Positions 37,073-49,569 of a stretch of DNA of 64,000 nt are shown one piece after another. The notes under the pieces were generated by a model. That model saw nothing but the letters and a program-made list of their open reading frames with translations. It ran no database searches and was not told the origin of the DNA. A program made the translations under genes and the position numbers. The number at the start of each line of letters is the position of its first letter. Within the stretch, counting starts at the first letter, position 1. The stretch covers positions 15,251,375-15,315,374 of the forward strand of contig OZ316897.1 in the NCBI GenBank assembly GCA_973895155.1, read 5' to 3'. Origin of the DNA: Marsupella aquatica (Eukaryota > Plantae > Marchantiophyta).

Positions 37073-40000
37073 ATGGAGAGTTTTGAGGCAGCTGTTGCCT
37101 CCATCCCTCCAGCATCACACCTTGTCAGGCACCTGCATGTGAAGAGCAGGTTGCCCCGGGTATGTGCTCATCGTGCAATTTCTAAACCCAACTAGGGAGC
37201 GAAGCACCTAAGATAATGTTTGTTAACTTGAAAAGAATCCGATGTTGTAGACTTTTCATTACCATGAATACCTCTGAACGGTTGCAGTTGATTGAACCTT
37301 AGGCAAGTTGCGAGCAGGATTTGTAAAGCTTGGTCAGATTTCGTTGTCATTCATACAGTTTTCTGAAGGATGTTTTCTCTTGTACTGTCCAGAGAGACGG
37401 GGACGTGACAATCTGCACACAATGCTCACTTGACAGGTATAAACTCTTACTGGGGTCCTTCGGCGACAGCTTCATTCAAAATTTACTTATTTGGTCGACC
37501 ATGCAGCTCTTCATGCAATCCAACTTAGTTTTCATTATTATAGCATTTAGTGATTACAACAGCATCCAACTTCTCGCAATTACCAGCTTTGTATAGCCAT
37601 CTTTAAATCAGCGGACGGCGAGCATATGTCACAATAAGGAATCTCCAGCGGCATTTTGCAAGTCTGCTCCTGCCGGGCTCTCATATTTCCTTCCTTGCCC
37701 CGTTTCAAACTATTTCTATATTTGGTTTTCATAATCTTTTTTCAACTCAAGATTGCTGCTCCTTTACACTTGTTTACTTACTCTAATTGCAACATTTTCA
37801 ATCCTCAGATTGGAGAGGCTCGAGGCTCAGACGAACGCATGGAGCGGAGTGATATGTGCAGCTGTAATGTGCCCTTGTCCTTGTAGCGCAGACTCTCTGC
37901 TAGATGCCAAAGAGTGTATCTTGGCATTACATGGGCGTGTGGAGGCAAGGGCGGGTCCATGCCGGTTAGACATCATACTTGTTGCTCACCAACAGAAAAG
38001 AAATGCAAAAGCCTCACCTTGTCAGGATCCATGGCGATATCCTGTAAGTCTTCATGCCTTTCGTAACGGCCTGCGTCACAAAACGCTTTCTTTGAAGAAG
38101 TTGCTTCAATGGTGGTGTACGAGGTGTACCACCATTTCTTGCTACCTTGTAAGCTTGAGTGGTTACAGTTATATGACACCTCTTGTTGCTCATGGCCTCT
38201 CTGATACAGTGCCGTTTGTCCCTAGAGCAACCATACCCCATAACTATCACTTATGTTGGCATATCTGAATCCTGCCCCAATTTTTGGGATTTGTGGACTG
38301 CCAGTTTGATTCAATTCAAATAGGCATGAGAAGCTGTGGCCTGATGAGTTTATCAATTACCTAGCTTGGATTTTATTTATTTATTTTCCCGACGAAAGTT
38401 TTGGGGTCAGTCCATTCCGATTCAGAGAGCTGGAAATCTGGACATCGCTATGGCTGACTATAGGTATTCGGTGTTGGTTGCAGGTCAATAGTTTACGCAA
38501 TGTTGCTCTGCAATCCGCTGCCACTGAGCTGGTCATCGTGCTGGATGTGGATTTTCTTCCAGGTCTACCCTCTCATCCATTTATCGTAAAAATACTTTAG
38601 CTTATGATTGCTCATAGTTCTATCTGGAAGAAAATTACTGATATTTAACTTATTCAAGTCCCAAAACTAATTCACATGAGTGCTGACATACAGGTTTCGG
38701 CATCCAGGAGCAGCTATGGAAGATGGATGTATACTCTGGATATCTCCGTGCCTGCACAGACCTTAGGAGGGTTATTATTCTACCAGCGCTAGAGGAGTCA
38801 CCTGATCTAGAAGATTCAAATCCAGATTCAAGACCTTGGGAGAAAGATCATCTTCAAAGTGCTTTCCAGATTGTTTCTGGAAGTAAAGCCACTGTAGAGA
38901 ACTTGTGGACCCGCAGGAAACTGAGAACATTTGCAGTCGATAAATACCCACGAGGCCATGGGCCTACAGACACGGATCGGTGGGTCTCTTCAGCTGCAAC
39001 TTATGAGGTGCAGTACGAGGTGGACTATGAACCTTACTTTCTCTGTTCTCGTCGCCTGGTGCCGTGGTACGATGAACGTTTTACTGGTTACGGAAAGAAC
39101 AAAGTTATTCATGTGTTCCATACGGCAGTTTTGGACTTCCGGTTTTGGGTACATCCTGAGTGGTATGTGGTACACGTACACCACGAGGTTTCCAGGGCTT
39201 GTCAAGCAACACTGGGAAGCGATACCCTCGCCAGTACACGACTCTCTGACGTCAAACGTTTGTATGCTATTGCAAAGCACCAACTCTTGTCTCTAGCCAC
39301 TCACTCAGGGGTGCACCTGTCTCCAAATCCATGTGCTTGTACGGCTCCTAACACGTCAGTTCGTAGCACTACTTGGCTACCCTGGAAACGAGGACACGAC
39401 AAGCCCAGGGAGGAGCCAATGGGTCACTGGAGTCATGCAGACCAGCCTTCACCTTTGCTGTTACAAACAAGTAGTAAAAAAGTAAGCCCAAATTTCATTC
39501 AACGTAATGTCTTTTGTGTAACAGATCTCTTCACTTTCACAAAAATTGCTTTATTATACCTTCATCTGCTTCAACTATACTGAATGGCTGACTTAATTGT
39601 ACATTTCTTGAACAGTATATTGAGGCTCTCTATGATCTGCGTCACCACTTCTGTGCTCCAAAACTTCATCGAATAGCGATTCATTGCAGCCAATTAAAAC
39701 CAAACCTCAGGGACATCAGTCTTGTGACAGTGGCCACCGAAGATCGTCTTCAGCGCCTAGCAGCACAATGCCAGCGGTGGAAAGGAGTGATTTGTGCTGC
39801 AGTATATGCTCCTCCCAACAGTCATGTGAAGGATCTCAAAAGAAAAGTTCTGGAGCTACATCAGGAGGTTGAGAAAGCTGGCATATGCCGGCTAGATCTT
39901 ATTCTCATGGAATCAGCAAAGGTTGAAAAGAGGAAGTACATTGGGAGAAGAGCAGCATCGTCATATGATCTCTGTCCCATCAATGGATTACGAAATGCAG

Positions 40001-43000
40001 CCCTGAAACTTGCAACGACAGACCTTGTTTTGATTCTGGACGTTGATCTCCTTCCCACTCCGTCTCTCAACGGTTTGTATTCTCTCATCCTTATCAGAAA
40101 ACCTTGCGGTTGTACTTGTTTACATTCACCTGACGTCCAGGATACATGGAGAAAGGCAGCCTTCCCCAACTTACTTGAATAGAGCCTTCTCAGCCCATCA
40201 TCAATCCTGGTTTGCTCTTTAATTCCTCAAGGCCAATAGTACAGCTGTTCTAGCCTCAGACTCAGCTTGGGTTCTCAAGTGGCTCACATACTTGATAAAT
40301 GCTTGCAGAATGCTTCTTACGCGAGCAGCAGTACAAATGTCTGTTGCGCATGGCGGTGGAAGAGAGAACTGCTGTGGTGGTACCAAGTTTTGAGTACGCA
40401 GGCATGTCTCTGAACGCTTGGACTCGAAGTAAGCTTTCCTGATTTGAAAATCACCATCTTGGACAGTTCCAAAGGACTTCCGGGACAGGAAACTCCTAAT
40501 CATAAAGCCAAGGACTGCTTGAAAATAGTGGAATTGCAGAAAGGAAAGGCATGTCTGATCAATGAGTTGTGTCGTCCGTAACTACCCCTAATTTATTATT
40601 CACATCAGAGGAAACCTATACATTTAGATTCTGTTTATTCCATTTTGGTGGTCGTCAATTACCGTTTGAATTAGGGCAATCTCCTCAATTTTCCGTCTTG
40701 TTGAATGGAGTGCAGATGGGAGAGTTGAAGAATATCCTGCCTCCCAACCAGCTAAGGAGTCTAACTCAGGGCTTGAGATGGGGAACGAAAAGAAGCCAGT
40801 CGAGAAAGGATCCACCTTGCAAGAAGTGAGCCACATATCTGATACACTGGAAATGACGGGAAAAGGCGTTCATACCATTTGCAAGGGCTTGGCCTCTGGT
40901 AGCCTTCGTGGCTTCCACGTGAACCATTATCCCGCAGGACACAGTCCCACTGATTTTGAGAAATGGAGAGACCTCTGTGAAAGTTCTAATCGGGCAGATA
41001 GTCCATGCTGTGAAGTTTGTAGATCGTATAACATAAAATTTGCAGAGGGGTTTGAGCCTTTTGTCATCTGTTCACGCAAGCTCATTCCGAGTTTTGATGA
41101 GCGTTTTCGGGGCTATGGCTTTGACAAAGTTAGTTTCTTCTATCACCTTCATCAGAGTGGGTTTGGATTCCGTGTACTTTTGCACAGCGTTTGTCTAGAC
41201 GTTCCACATCCGAAGTCCCAAGATTGGAGGAAGACATTTGGTCCAGCCTCAGATCCTTGGCAGGTAAACCTTCTAAAACTTTCACAAATGTACATGTGGT
41301 GGTCTTCTTGCTGTTCTCATTTGATCCAGCCAGTTCAAGCCCCGAATTACTCTGATGAAGCTTAATATATTATCTTACAGCAAAGCCGTGTGAAGGCCAT
41401 GTACCAGCGGGCTAAGCGAGAAATTCGTGTTGTAACTGGAGGATCAGCTTTGGCCAACTATGTCGTTGAGGAGTTGCCTGTACACTTGATGGGTAAAGCA
41501 TCAGCAGGGCTTCTCTCTAGAAGCAGCAAAAAGTTCCGCTCTGTATCTTTGGAAAGACATAAGAGATCGACTCTAGACGGACTGCAGCTGGCATGGCAGG
41601 GAGTCATTCGTCGCCAAGACGGGAATGCCGATACTTCCTTAGAATTCCATGACGAGGGAAAATCGTCCCATGAAGAGGAGAAATCGTCCCCCTTGCCCAC
41701 GCCCTGTTCTGAGGAGGAAATGAGTTCTATGGGTAGTGGAATATCAGGACTTGCTGAGAGAGATCTTGCAGGCAAGGGAATCCCCAGCTGTTTTGGATGG
41801 AGCAAGTTTCGGGCACATGGACATGCAAGTTTACCCGCAAGTGAATCAAAGTCTTTCCAGTCAATGGACTGGGTGAGAACGTTGGAGGAGTTTGAGTGGG
41901 ATAGAACAGGATGGAAGCTCAAGTGTAGTACAGACAGCCTTTCAAATTGCAGTGTTGTCAAGGCTCCTGATCCCATAAGTGAGAAGGAATGGTTCCAACC
42001 TGGAGGGTACTGGCTAAGAATTTCAATGTCTGCGGGTTCTTGGAGTCCTCAAGCTTCTCGGTTAGCAGGTATCACAACAGGGGGAGTTTCTGTTCGTTCA
42101 GTACTACCCATCAGGTAATATTAGTTTTCCTACAGTATTGACGTCCTGGCCATTTCCAACTTTTTCCCTTAAAGATGTGGATTTTTCTACTTCGTGTCGG
42201 TGTCTGCAGTTTCCCAGTTAGATTCCTTATGTTTTCCTTTGTTGTGGCACAGGGCTGTAAAGGAAGTGGTCGTACGCTACATGGTTCGATTTCCTAGCTC
42301 ATTCGAGTGGGTTAAAGGTGGAACTCTTCCAGGTGTCTGGGTTGATGATGTTGTGCAAGGCAACTTTGGGTGGCGCAGAGGTGGGGAGGGACATCTGAAC
42401 ACTACCCTGATGGGTCTTGCACGCATAGAAAGTGAACAACAAAAGCCTTCTCTCACCAAAAAGACCTCCAAATTGTCAAGGCCATTTTACTTTGTGCCTG
42501 AGCAATGGCATGCCCTCCAATTAATTGTCTCAGTGGTTGATCAGACAGATACCAGTGAGCGAGATAGAAGTTGTGATGAGAGCGACAAGCAATTAATCAG
42601 TAAACGAACGTTGTCTTCTCACACCCTTGGGATTGAGAGCATTCGAGATGGTGCTGTGGTTGAGTTACGCGCATTTGTTGACTTTGAATTGGTATCCACA
42701 ATAAAATATCCATACCGCGGAGGAGGTTCGCCCAATGTGACAAGAACCAGCTCAGATCCTGGGGCATCCATGGGCCTTCTGCTGTCTTGCTACTTTGGAG
42801 GAAAGACACAAGATTGGGCCGCTACAGAGGATACTCACGTTGATTTTAGCCAAGTAAGTATCTCCTCTCATCAAATCAAGACGTCTCGATACGTTATGTG
42901 ATGTGACCAGGCTCGCTATTTGAATACCTTTGTGGCGACCTACCGTAGGAGAAACTGCTGTAACATTGCATATTTGGAAAAGTGGAACTCATGAACCTTT

Positions 43001-43033
43001 TCCTGCGTGCAGTTTGAAATTTGGACTAACTGA
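37073..43033 (+). CDS. GT49-GT49-PL14 fusion protein, about 1228 aa; exons 37073-37159, 37393-37436, 37809-38043, 38484-38562, 38694-39481, 39616-40072, 40309-40401, 40716-41263, 41381-42114, 42253-42853, 43013-43033
   Basis: Two full GT49 motif sets (DVTICTQCSLDRL / DISLVTVATEDRL; YPVNSLRNVAL / PINGLRNAAL; LDVDFLP / LDVDLLP; YEPYF..YDERFTGYGKNK / FEPFV..FDERFRGYGFDK). Then PL14 motifs YMVRFPSSFEWVKGGTLPG and SCYFGG...WAA. Intron phases are mutually consistent; the start codon is uncertain. Confidence 0.85.
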
Positions 43034-44617
43034 TGCATTAACTAAAATGACCCGACGGATTGGGAGGAACATGACGTTGCACGGCATCCCACACCGGCTT
43101 TAAAGGTTAGTCAGCGCAGCTCTATGGGAATACTCAGATGTTCTTGTACATCATGATTATTTAAATCTTAGGAATAGGCTTACTCGATTTCCGTTTGCAG
43201 TGTGAGAACGTGAAATCAACTCTTTGGATTATGGCCATCTCTGGCTGTCAAAACTGTCGTCATAATGCAATATTCAATCTTTTTGCAGAAGTTCAACGAT
43301 GCCAGTCCACAAACTTGCAGATTCCAGTTGAAACGGATTCATGAAGTGTCGGTGAAAGCCGCTACAACCAAAGACCCCCAACGTTTCAATTCTCAAAGAT
43401 GAGGTCAGAACTCTAAGATCAAAACCATTCAGAATGATTGGAGTTCTCCAATGAGCGTTGAAGAGCATAACAATAATGAGCGACCCGAACGAAAACTAAT
43501 TCATCACTAGAATGGTGCACTGATTGCTAGATGTACTGTAGTAAGGTAGGAAGTGCTCTTAAACCCTGGCGCGATATGTGAAGTTAGCTATAGAAGTGCA
43601 GGGAGCATCACTTGCAATAAAGGTATTTCTCTATTTTAGGTCTCCTTTACACACTCAGAAGAACTAACTTTTGAAGCGTGTCCTATTGCCAAGACCAGAT
43701 GAAAGTCTCCAGTAAAGACCATCAACTCTTGGACCTGCACTCAGAATTGATCTACGTGAAACGGCCTTTCAGAGGCACGACGATGTTATTCGGAACATCT
43801 TCTACACTCGACGGATGTGGATCAAACGTCCTTGGGTGCTTCATAGGTCTGAGCATATATCCTTGCAACAACGCAGAAAGCTTTGTGGGTGTCAACCTGA
43901 AATTGGGAAAGCCATCAGTGAAGAAGGGTTGATAGGTAGGGCTTTGTCAGGTATCAGTTTCTCTATATGAAGAGGTCATGAGGTAGTGGAGTTTGTGCCG
44001 TCTGTCTTTGCTGATCTCAGTAGCGTATTTCCAGCAGTATCTGATGAATTCACAAGACAGGAGGAGTTGTATCTGTCATACCGTTCTATGAAATCCACCA
44101 TCGTCTACACTGGAATGGAAAAAAGTTGGATATATTGCTAGTGGCGTTTGTCCAGTGAAAAAGGGGTGGTAGATAGGGGCTGATACTAGTGGTGTTTGTC
44201 CTGAAAACCTAGTTGCAAATTAAACAATCAGCCGTTCTTCGCGTTATTATCGTTTGACCATCGGAAATCTTTGTATTGTGTTCGTCTGCTGGCCTCATGG
44301 GGCCCCAACCTTCATTCGCTACTAGGCTGATGCTGCCTAGAAGCAACCCAACCAATCGTGAGAATGAATGAGTCCACCGAAACTTTAGTCTTCAGGAACA
44401 AGAACTCAAGTCTAAAACAAATACAAACCTTACCGAGAACGCAATCAGCATGCAAATTCTCGGAGTACCGTCTAGATATTTCAGGTTTCTCTTAAGTCTG
44501 TACAACGAGGAGCTAAGTTGAAGCTAAAGACAATACTAACTAGGGTCTCCCTTTGTAACTATACAAGTGTTAGGATAGCCGTAGTCCAGACCAACATTGC
44601 GCCAAATACAGGTTGCT

Positions 44618-46405
44618 CTACCCCGGAAGCTTCTGTCTGACAAGCCCCTTCAAGAAGTCAAAACTATTTCCATCAGGATGAAGTTCATACTGCTCACCTA
44701 CATCATCTGACGCCAACAGGTAACCCATAGGCGTTAAACCCTGGATTGTGACTGCAACATGTGAAATACCTGAACTCCCTGTTTCCTTCTCCTCCAATAC
44801 CACACTTTGTCCAGTGTGGAGCCATTTCCTATAGTAGGCCTCCTGCAGCGGTAAGAACCCTTGCTCTTGAAATATCTTGTTTAGAATCTCAAACCTGGAC
44901 ATAATGGATGCCAAAACAAGCTCCGGTTGAATGGCACTTGACCCTCCCTGAAGCTCTTCGATGAGGGCATCGAGACAAGTTGTGGGCTCCCTGTTACCTA
45001 CATTTAGGCCAACTCCCACTACGATGTTGAAGGTCTTGGCACGGTAGGTTGACGTGCATAAGACACCTCCAATTTTGAGTCCCTTGGCATACAAGTCGTT
45101 TGGCCATTTTATCCTCACATCCGGGACAGAAATTCTACTGGCTTTGCAGGCTTCGTCGATTCCTTCAGTCACGGCAAGAGACACAACATATTGTAGGAAG
45201 GGCACCATCCGTCCATTCGTCATCTGAGTCGTATATGAGAACATGAGACAACCCTTCGGGGATTGCCACATATTTCCTCCGCGTCCTCTCCCTTGCAGCT
45301 GAGCACCAGCTATACATATTGTCCCAGCGGGAAATGAATGAAAATTCTGTGAAAGTAGGGTATGTGTTGATGGGATAAGGGGCGAATACAGGACCAACCT
45401 TCCGAACTGAGATGTATCGAGATTCTTTAAATATTCGTTCACATCAAAAGCTTCTCTCCCACTTGTATCCGTGCTTTCCGCTGCTGTTGTTACTACAGCA
45501 CCACCAGGTAGGTGCAATTCGTCTTCCCTTTTGAGCTTCTCGACATATTCTGCTTCTGCAGAGCCCTTTGAGGCGAACTGGATCACACACACTGAGTTAC
45601 CACTGCCTGCTTCTCCTAATATGTAGCTTTCCGTCTTCTCTGCACCCTTTCCTTGTTCAGATTCACTAGCTTGTCTGGTCTCAGTCTCGCCTGGGTCTTC
45701 TGCAGGCATTATATCAGCCTTCTCAACTTCTCTGGACTTGACCTTTCCTCCATCCAAGCTTGGCAGTTCTTCCCCTGTCTGCACATCAAGCCTCCCTGGC
45801 GAATTTTGATTTTCAGCATTATGCACATTGTCCTTGACTCTGCGTCGCGTCTCACTAGCTATACAATTAGCTGGGGTTGACACATTATCTCTACCTTCAG
45901 TCTTGCCCACTATCCCAGCGCGGAGTTCTGGAGGGTACAATTGTTCTAATTTGCGCACATTCTCCTCCAGCTGACTTGGAGCATTCTGACTTTTCGTTTC
46001 GCCTAAACTTTCTTCACTCCCCTCAAATATCCCTGACTGCTTCACTTCTGGAAAGCTACCTGGGATTGACGCAGGCTCCTTGCCCTCAGTCTGTCCTACT
46101 ATTCCAATATGGACATCTGACCCGAATGATTCCTCCAATAAAGCAACATTTTCCTCAAGCTTGCTTCGAGCTTGAGGATTGCTACGCTCCCCAGCCTCTT
46201 GCATATTCTTGGAAGCCTCCCCTGAGACACAAATACCGTCAATGGCCTCACGGCCAGTATCTCGAACAGCCTCACCCTCCAAATCGTGGGATTGCCCTTC
46301 GTAGTTTAACAAGGAACGAACCCTCCCAGCTTGCTGTTGAATCCCATGTATAAAATTCGGCCCACCCTTTCCTATTGCGCACTGAATGAGTCGTAGAGTC
46401 TGCAC
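44618..46405 (-). CDS. HCS: Biotin--protein ligase / holocarboxylase synthetase with long N-terminal extension
   Basis: QLQGRGRGGNMWQSPKGCLMFS, IKWPNDLY, KIGGVL, GVGLN, YELHPDGNSFDFLKGLV. Start unresolved: first ATG at 46204, or ATG at 46804-46802 spliced to the acceptor at about 46400. Confidence 0.93.
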   Translation of the reverse strand: MQTLRLIQCAIGKGGPNFIHGIQQQAGRVRSLLNYEGQSHDLEGEAVRDTGREAIDGICVSGEASKNMQEAGERSNPQARSKLEENVALLEESFGSDVHIGIVGQTEGKEPASIPGSFPEVKQSGIFEGSEESLGETKSQNAPSQLEENVRKLEQLYPPELRAGIVGKTEGRDNVSTPANCIASETRRRVKDNVHNAENQNSPGRLDVQTGEELPSLDGGKVKSREVEKADIMPAEDPGETETRQASESEQGKGAEKTESYILGEAGSGNSVCVIQFASKGSAEAEYVEKLKREDELHLPGGAVVTTAAESTDTSGREAFDVNEYLKNLDTSQFGRLVLYSPLIPSTHTLLSQNFHSFPAGTICIAGAQLQGRGRGGNMWQSPKGCLMFSYTTQMTNGRMVPFLQYVVSLAVTEGIDEACKASRISVPDVRIKWPNDLYAKGLKIGGVLCTSTYRAKTFNIVVGVGLNVGNREPTTCLDALIEELQGGSSAIQPELVLASIMSRFEILNKIFQEQGFLPLQEAYYRKWLHTGQSVVLEEKETGSSGISHVAVTIQGLTPMGYLLASDDVGEQYELHPDGNSFDFLKGLVRQKLPG

Positions 46406-49400
46406 AAACGCAGCAAAACCTGTCAGTAGCCTTAACTATATTCCAACGAGAGACTGTGTTCAGCAAGTTGCAGCTGGGGTAGAACAATATGCAGGCAATC
46501 AAACAACTCTAAACTTCACTCTGGGGTGCCCATTACATACCACAGATTGACAGAAAATATCGGACCGAAGGTTTACCGAGCTAACAACCTGACCAGGGTT
46601 GACGGACATCAAAGCTACTGCAGAACAAGGTGACCGCAACCCGACAATCGGCTGCACTCTTTGGCCTGCAATTACTTACAGAGAGAAAGACCGGTCATCT
46701 CACCTAAATCTGCAAATTGACGAGGACTTCAATGACATTTGCTGACAAAATTCGTAATTCGAAGGTTGTCAACAATGTCCAATTGCGAAGGAGGGGATCA
46801 CCATTCGGAAGAGGAAGAAAGACGAGGAAATGAGGAATGACTGATTTTTAAAGTCCACGGGTCCCCAATTGGAGCCAGGGTCAGAAAGCAAAAGTCGGCA
46901 AGTCTGCCAAAAAGTGAAAGGTTCACAAAGTGAAGATTACGAACCAAACCCGCATGCAAAAGAAGCAAACAAGAAGAAAACAGAGGGCGAAGCATGAACA
47001 AGTGGGGCAGACAAGTGTCCATCAGTACACTTCAGAGCGAATCAGGGAGTGTCAACATGCGTCTCCAAAGAATGTACGCCGAAGAATTTTCTGATCAAGC
47101 CATACCTTTAGCTCGACGACAGGGTTTCAGAGGTCCAGCCGATTCACAGTGTGCTCCACCATCTCGTGCACAATTTCCAGAGGCAAGTCCTGCAACAACA
47201 GCATACATGTCTCTGAGATCTGGGCCTGGTAGATGGTGGTGATCTGGATTCTGTACGAGCTCACACCATCTGTGAGGCGATTACTCGTCCATACCTCCTG
47301 CACTGCTGGAGCACTGTAGTCCTGGCGATGGAACCCAAGTGCTGTCCGGAACTCCTCAACTCGTGCAGCTCCGATGGAATCTCCATAGAACTCGGCGTCT
47401 ATCTGGATGTGTGACCCAATTCGGGCTCATCCTCTCCTTTCCCCTGAAACGAGCTCATCCAACAACAATCCTCATTTGAGAAATGTGGGCATCTCACTCC
47501 TGAAGTGGACAAGACAATGAATCTGCATAAACTATTCCTTGGTGAGGAGAAGGAGAAGAACCATCACAGATTTATGGGGCTTCCTCATTCATTACATTCC
47601 TTGTCTTGATTTTATTCTTTTGTGTATAGTAATGCATTATTGATGTGGAGTAGATGGTATTCTTCATTTTTGTGTTGTAAATATTTTCTTTTAGATTCTT
47701 GGGTTTTCTATAACTTTAGTCAGAACAATATGAGAATACATATTTTACATTGCACGGATGACTAAAAAAGTTTGTGGTTTACACCCCCCCACCCAAACAC
47801 ACACCCAGAAGTGTTGGGAGTCAAGGAAGTTATTGAGGAAAGTAAGTGTCATGGAGACCAGGTAACTTTTGAGCCCAATGCGTGTGTTGCATATTTGTCA
47901 TTAATTGTGACTGTGTTGTGCTTGTCAAAGTCAATTGTCATTTCAAATTGGTTCTCAATGCGGAAGTGCTGTTGTTCGGGCCATGTCATCTGTGCAGTCT
48001 TGTTATTGTTGGGAAAGTGTTGTAACTTCAGCTGCATGGTTGTTGCTACCAAAATGTTGTTATTGTTGTTGATGGTGTTGTTGCAAAATGATCTTGTTCC
48101 AATCATAGATTTCCACTTGTTGCAAAATTGTCCCGGCTGTTGGGAAAGGTGTTGGGAACATGTTTTTTGTGGTTTTCTTACCCGCAAGGGAGGCAAAGAG
48201 TCCTCTCCAATGCCTGTGCATTGCAAAGGGCGCCCCTTTTCTCCTCTGTTCCCCTCTCATGTCTTCCCCCATTCCCCTCCCCCCCCCCCCTTTTCCCTTT
48301 CTCTCCTCCCCCTCCCCTAGCAAGGGAGGCAGAGGTAGTGCAAAGGCGCAGGAGAGGCAGAGGATTGCGCATTGTGGTATGGTGCAGGCATGGCAGAGGG
48401 TCACCCCAGGACAGGGGCAATAAGAGTGTTTGGACCGATCCAACAATGCGGGACACACAGTCTGCAATCAATCACCTAGAGTGCAATTCATAAATTGAAA
48501 TGGGAGAAATATGGCATGATTACATAGATGCCCTCTCCGTTGGTTCACATGTGACAGAGGTGATAGATTAATCCTATTCTTACTTTTCTTTGCCAGTAGA
48601 CCCTTTTGTTGCTTTAAAACCTATCATGCAACAAGTGCTTTCTGTTCACAATTTCTTTTATTTATGGGTGTACAAGTCCTTTGCTTTCGCTTGAATTTTA
48701 CTCATTCTCATTGCTGGATTCTCCTTTTAAGTTGGCCCTTAGGTATTTTCTCAGAGGCTATTGTATCTCATGAAACTTTGGATCTTTGCCTTTTCCTTCA
48801 AAAAAAGAAACAGAGAAAAGTATTCTAGATGAGTCATAGCTGAATGTTCTCTGTGTAGGTCATCCTCCGGAGCACTTGCAAGGTTGATCACCTCAGCTGT
48901 GGCTCGCCCCTTAGAGTACATCTATGTCCCACTTGCAGATTTAGTTACAACACTAGATGTGCACCATTATAGCGTCACATTATTGGAGTGAAATATTCCC
49001 ACCTGCCAGTTGTTGCAACTAAAGACTTGATGGGGCCGTGGAGGGAAACTAAACCCCAAACTAAACCTGACATGGTTTCTTTTGTAAGGGACTTGTTGGG
49101 GCCCCCTTCACCCTTGTACATCACCTGCCAGAGTAGTCATTCCCTCTCCCAGAAGTAGTTGTCATTGCATGTCCCTGACTCCAGTATGGTCATGGTGCTT
49201 CAGAGGCTTGTCACTCTTACTCCTCCATGTTGAGAATTCTGACTTACAGAGGTGTTACAGAATTAGTTTGCAAATCTTACCATAAAAGCGCTAAGGAAGT
49301 TTACTCTTAAGGGCCTAGGGTCTAGAGTGAAGCCTCTAGACCGTAGTCTGAGTACATGCAAAAGTGATCATGAATCTCAATAAAAAAAACTTAAAACAAC

Positions 49401-49569
49401 GATGGACAAAAATGATATTGACTCCCAAATAAAGACAAAACTGAAATGGGGGTGGACCAAAAACAAGGATGGGACAAAGATTAAAGGAAATAGCATAGAA
49501 ATATTATTGCGCAAGATTGTTTTTCTTCATATCTGATTACTTTTAAGGAACGGGTAATCGGGCTAGTCG

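Noticed and set aside
46994-47560. Coding-like sequence upstream of HCS
   Set aside because: Frames are interrupted and no family motif is recognisable.
47772-48493. Cluster of overlapping ORFs of 87-182 aa
   Set aside because: Low-complexity TTG and poly-C repeat-derived sequence with no domain motifs.
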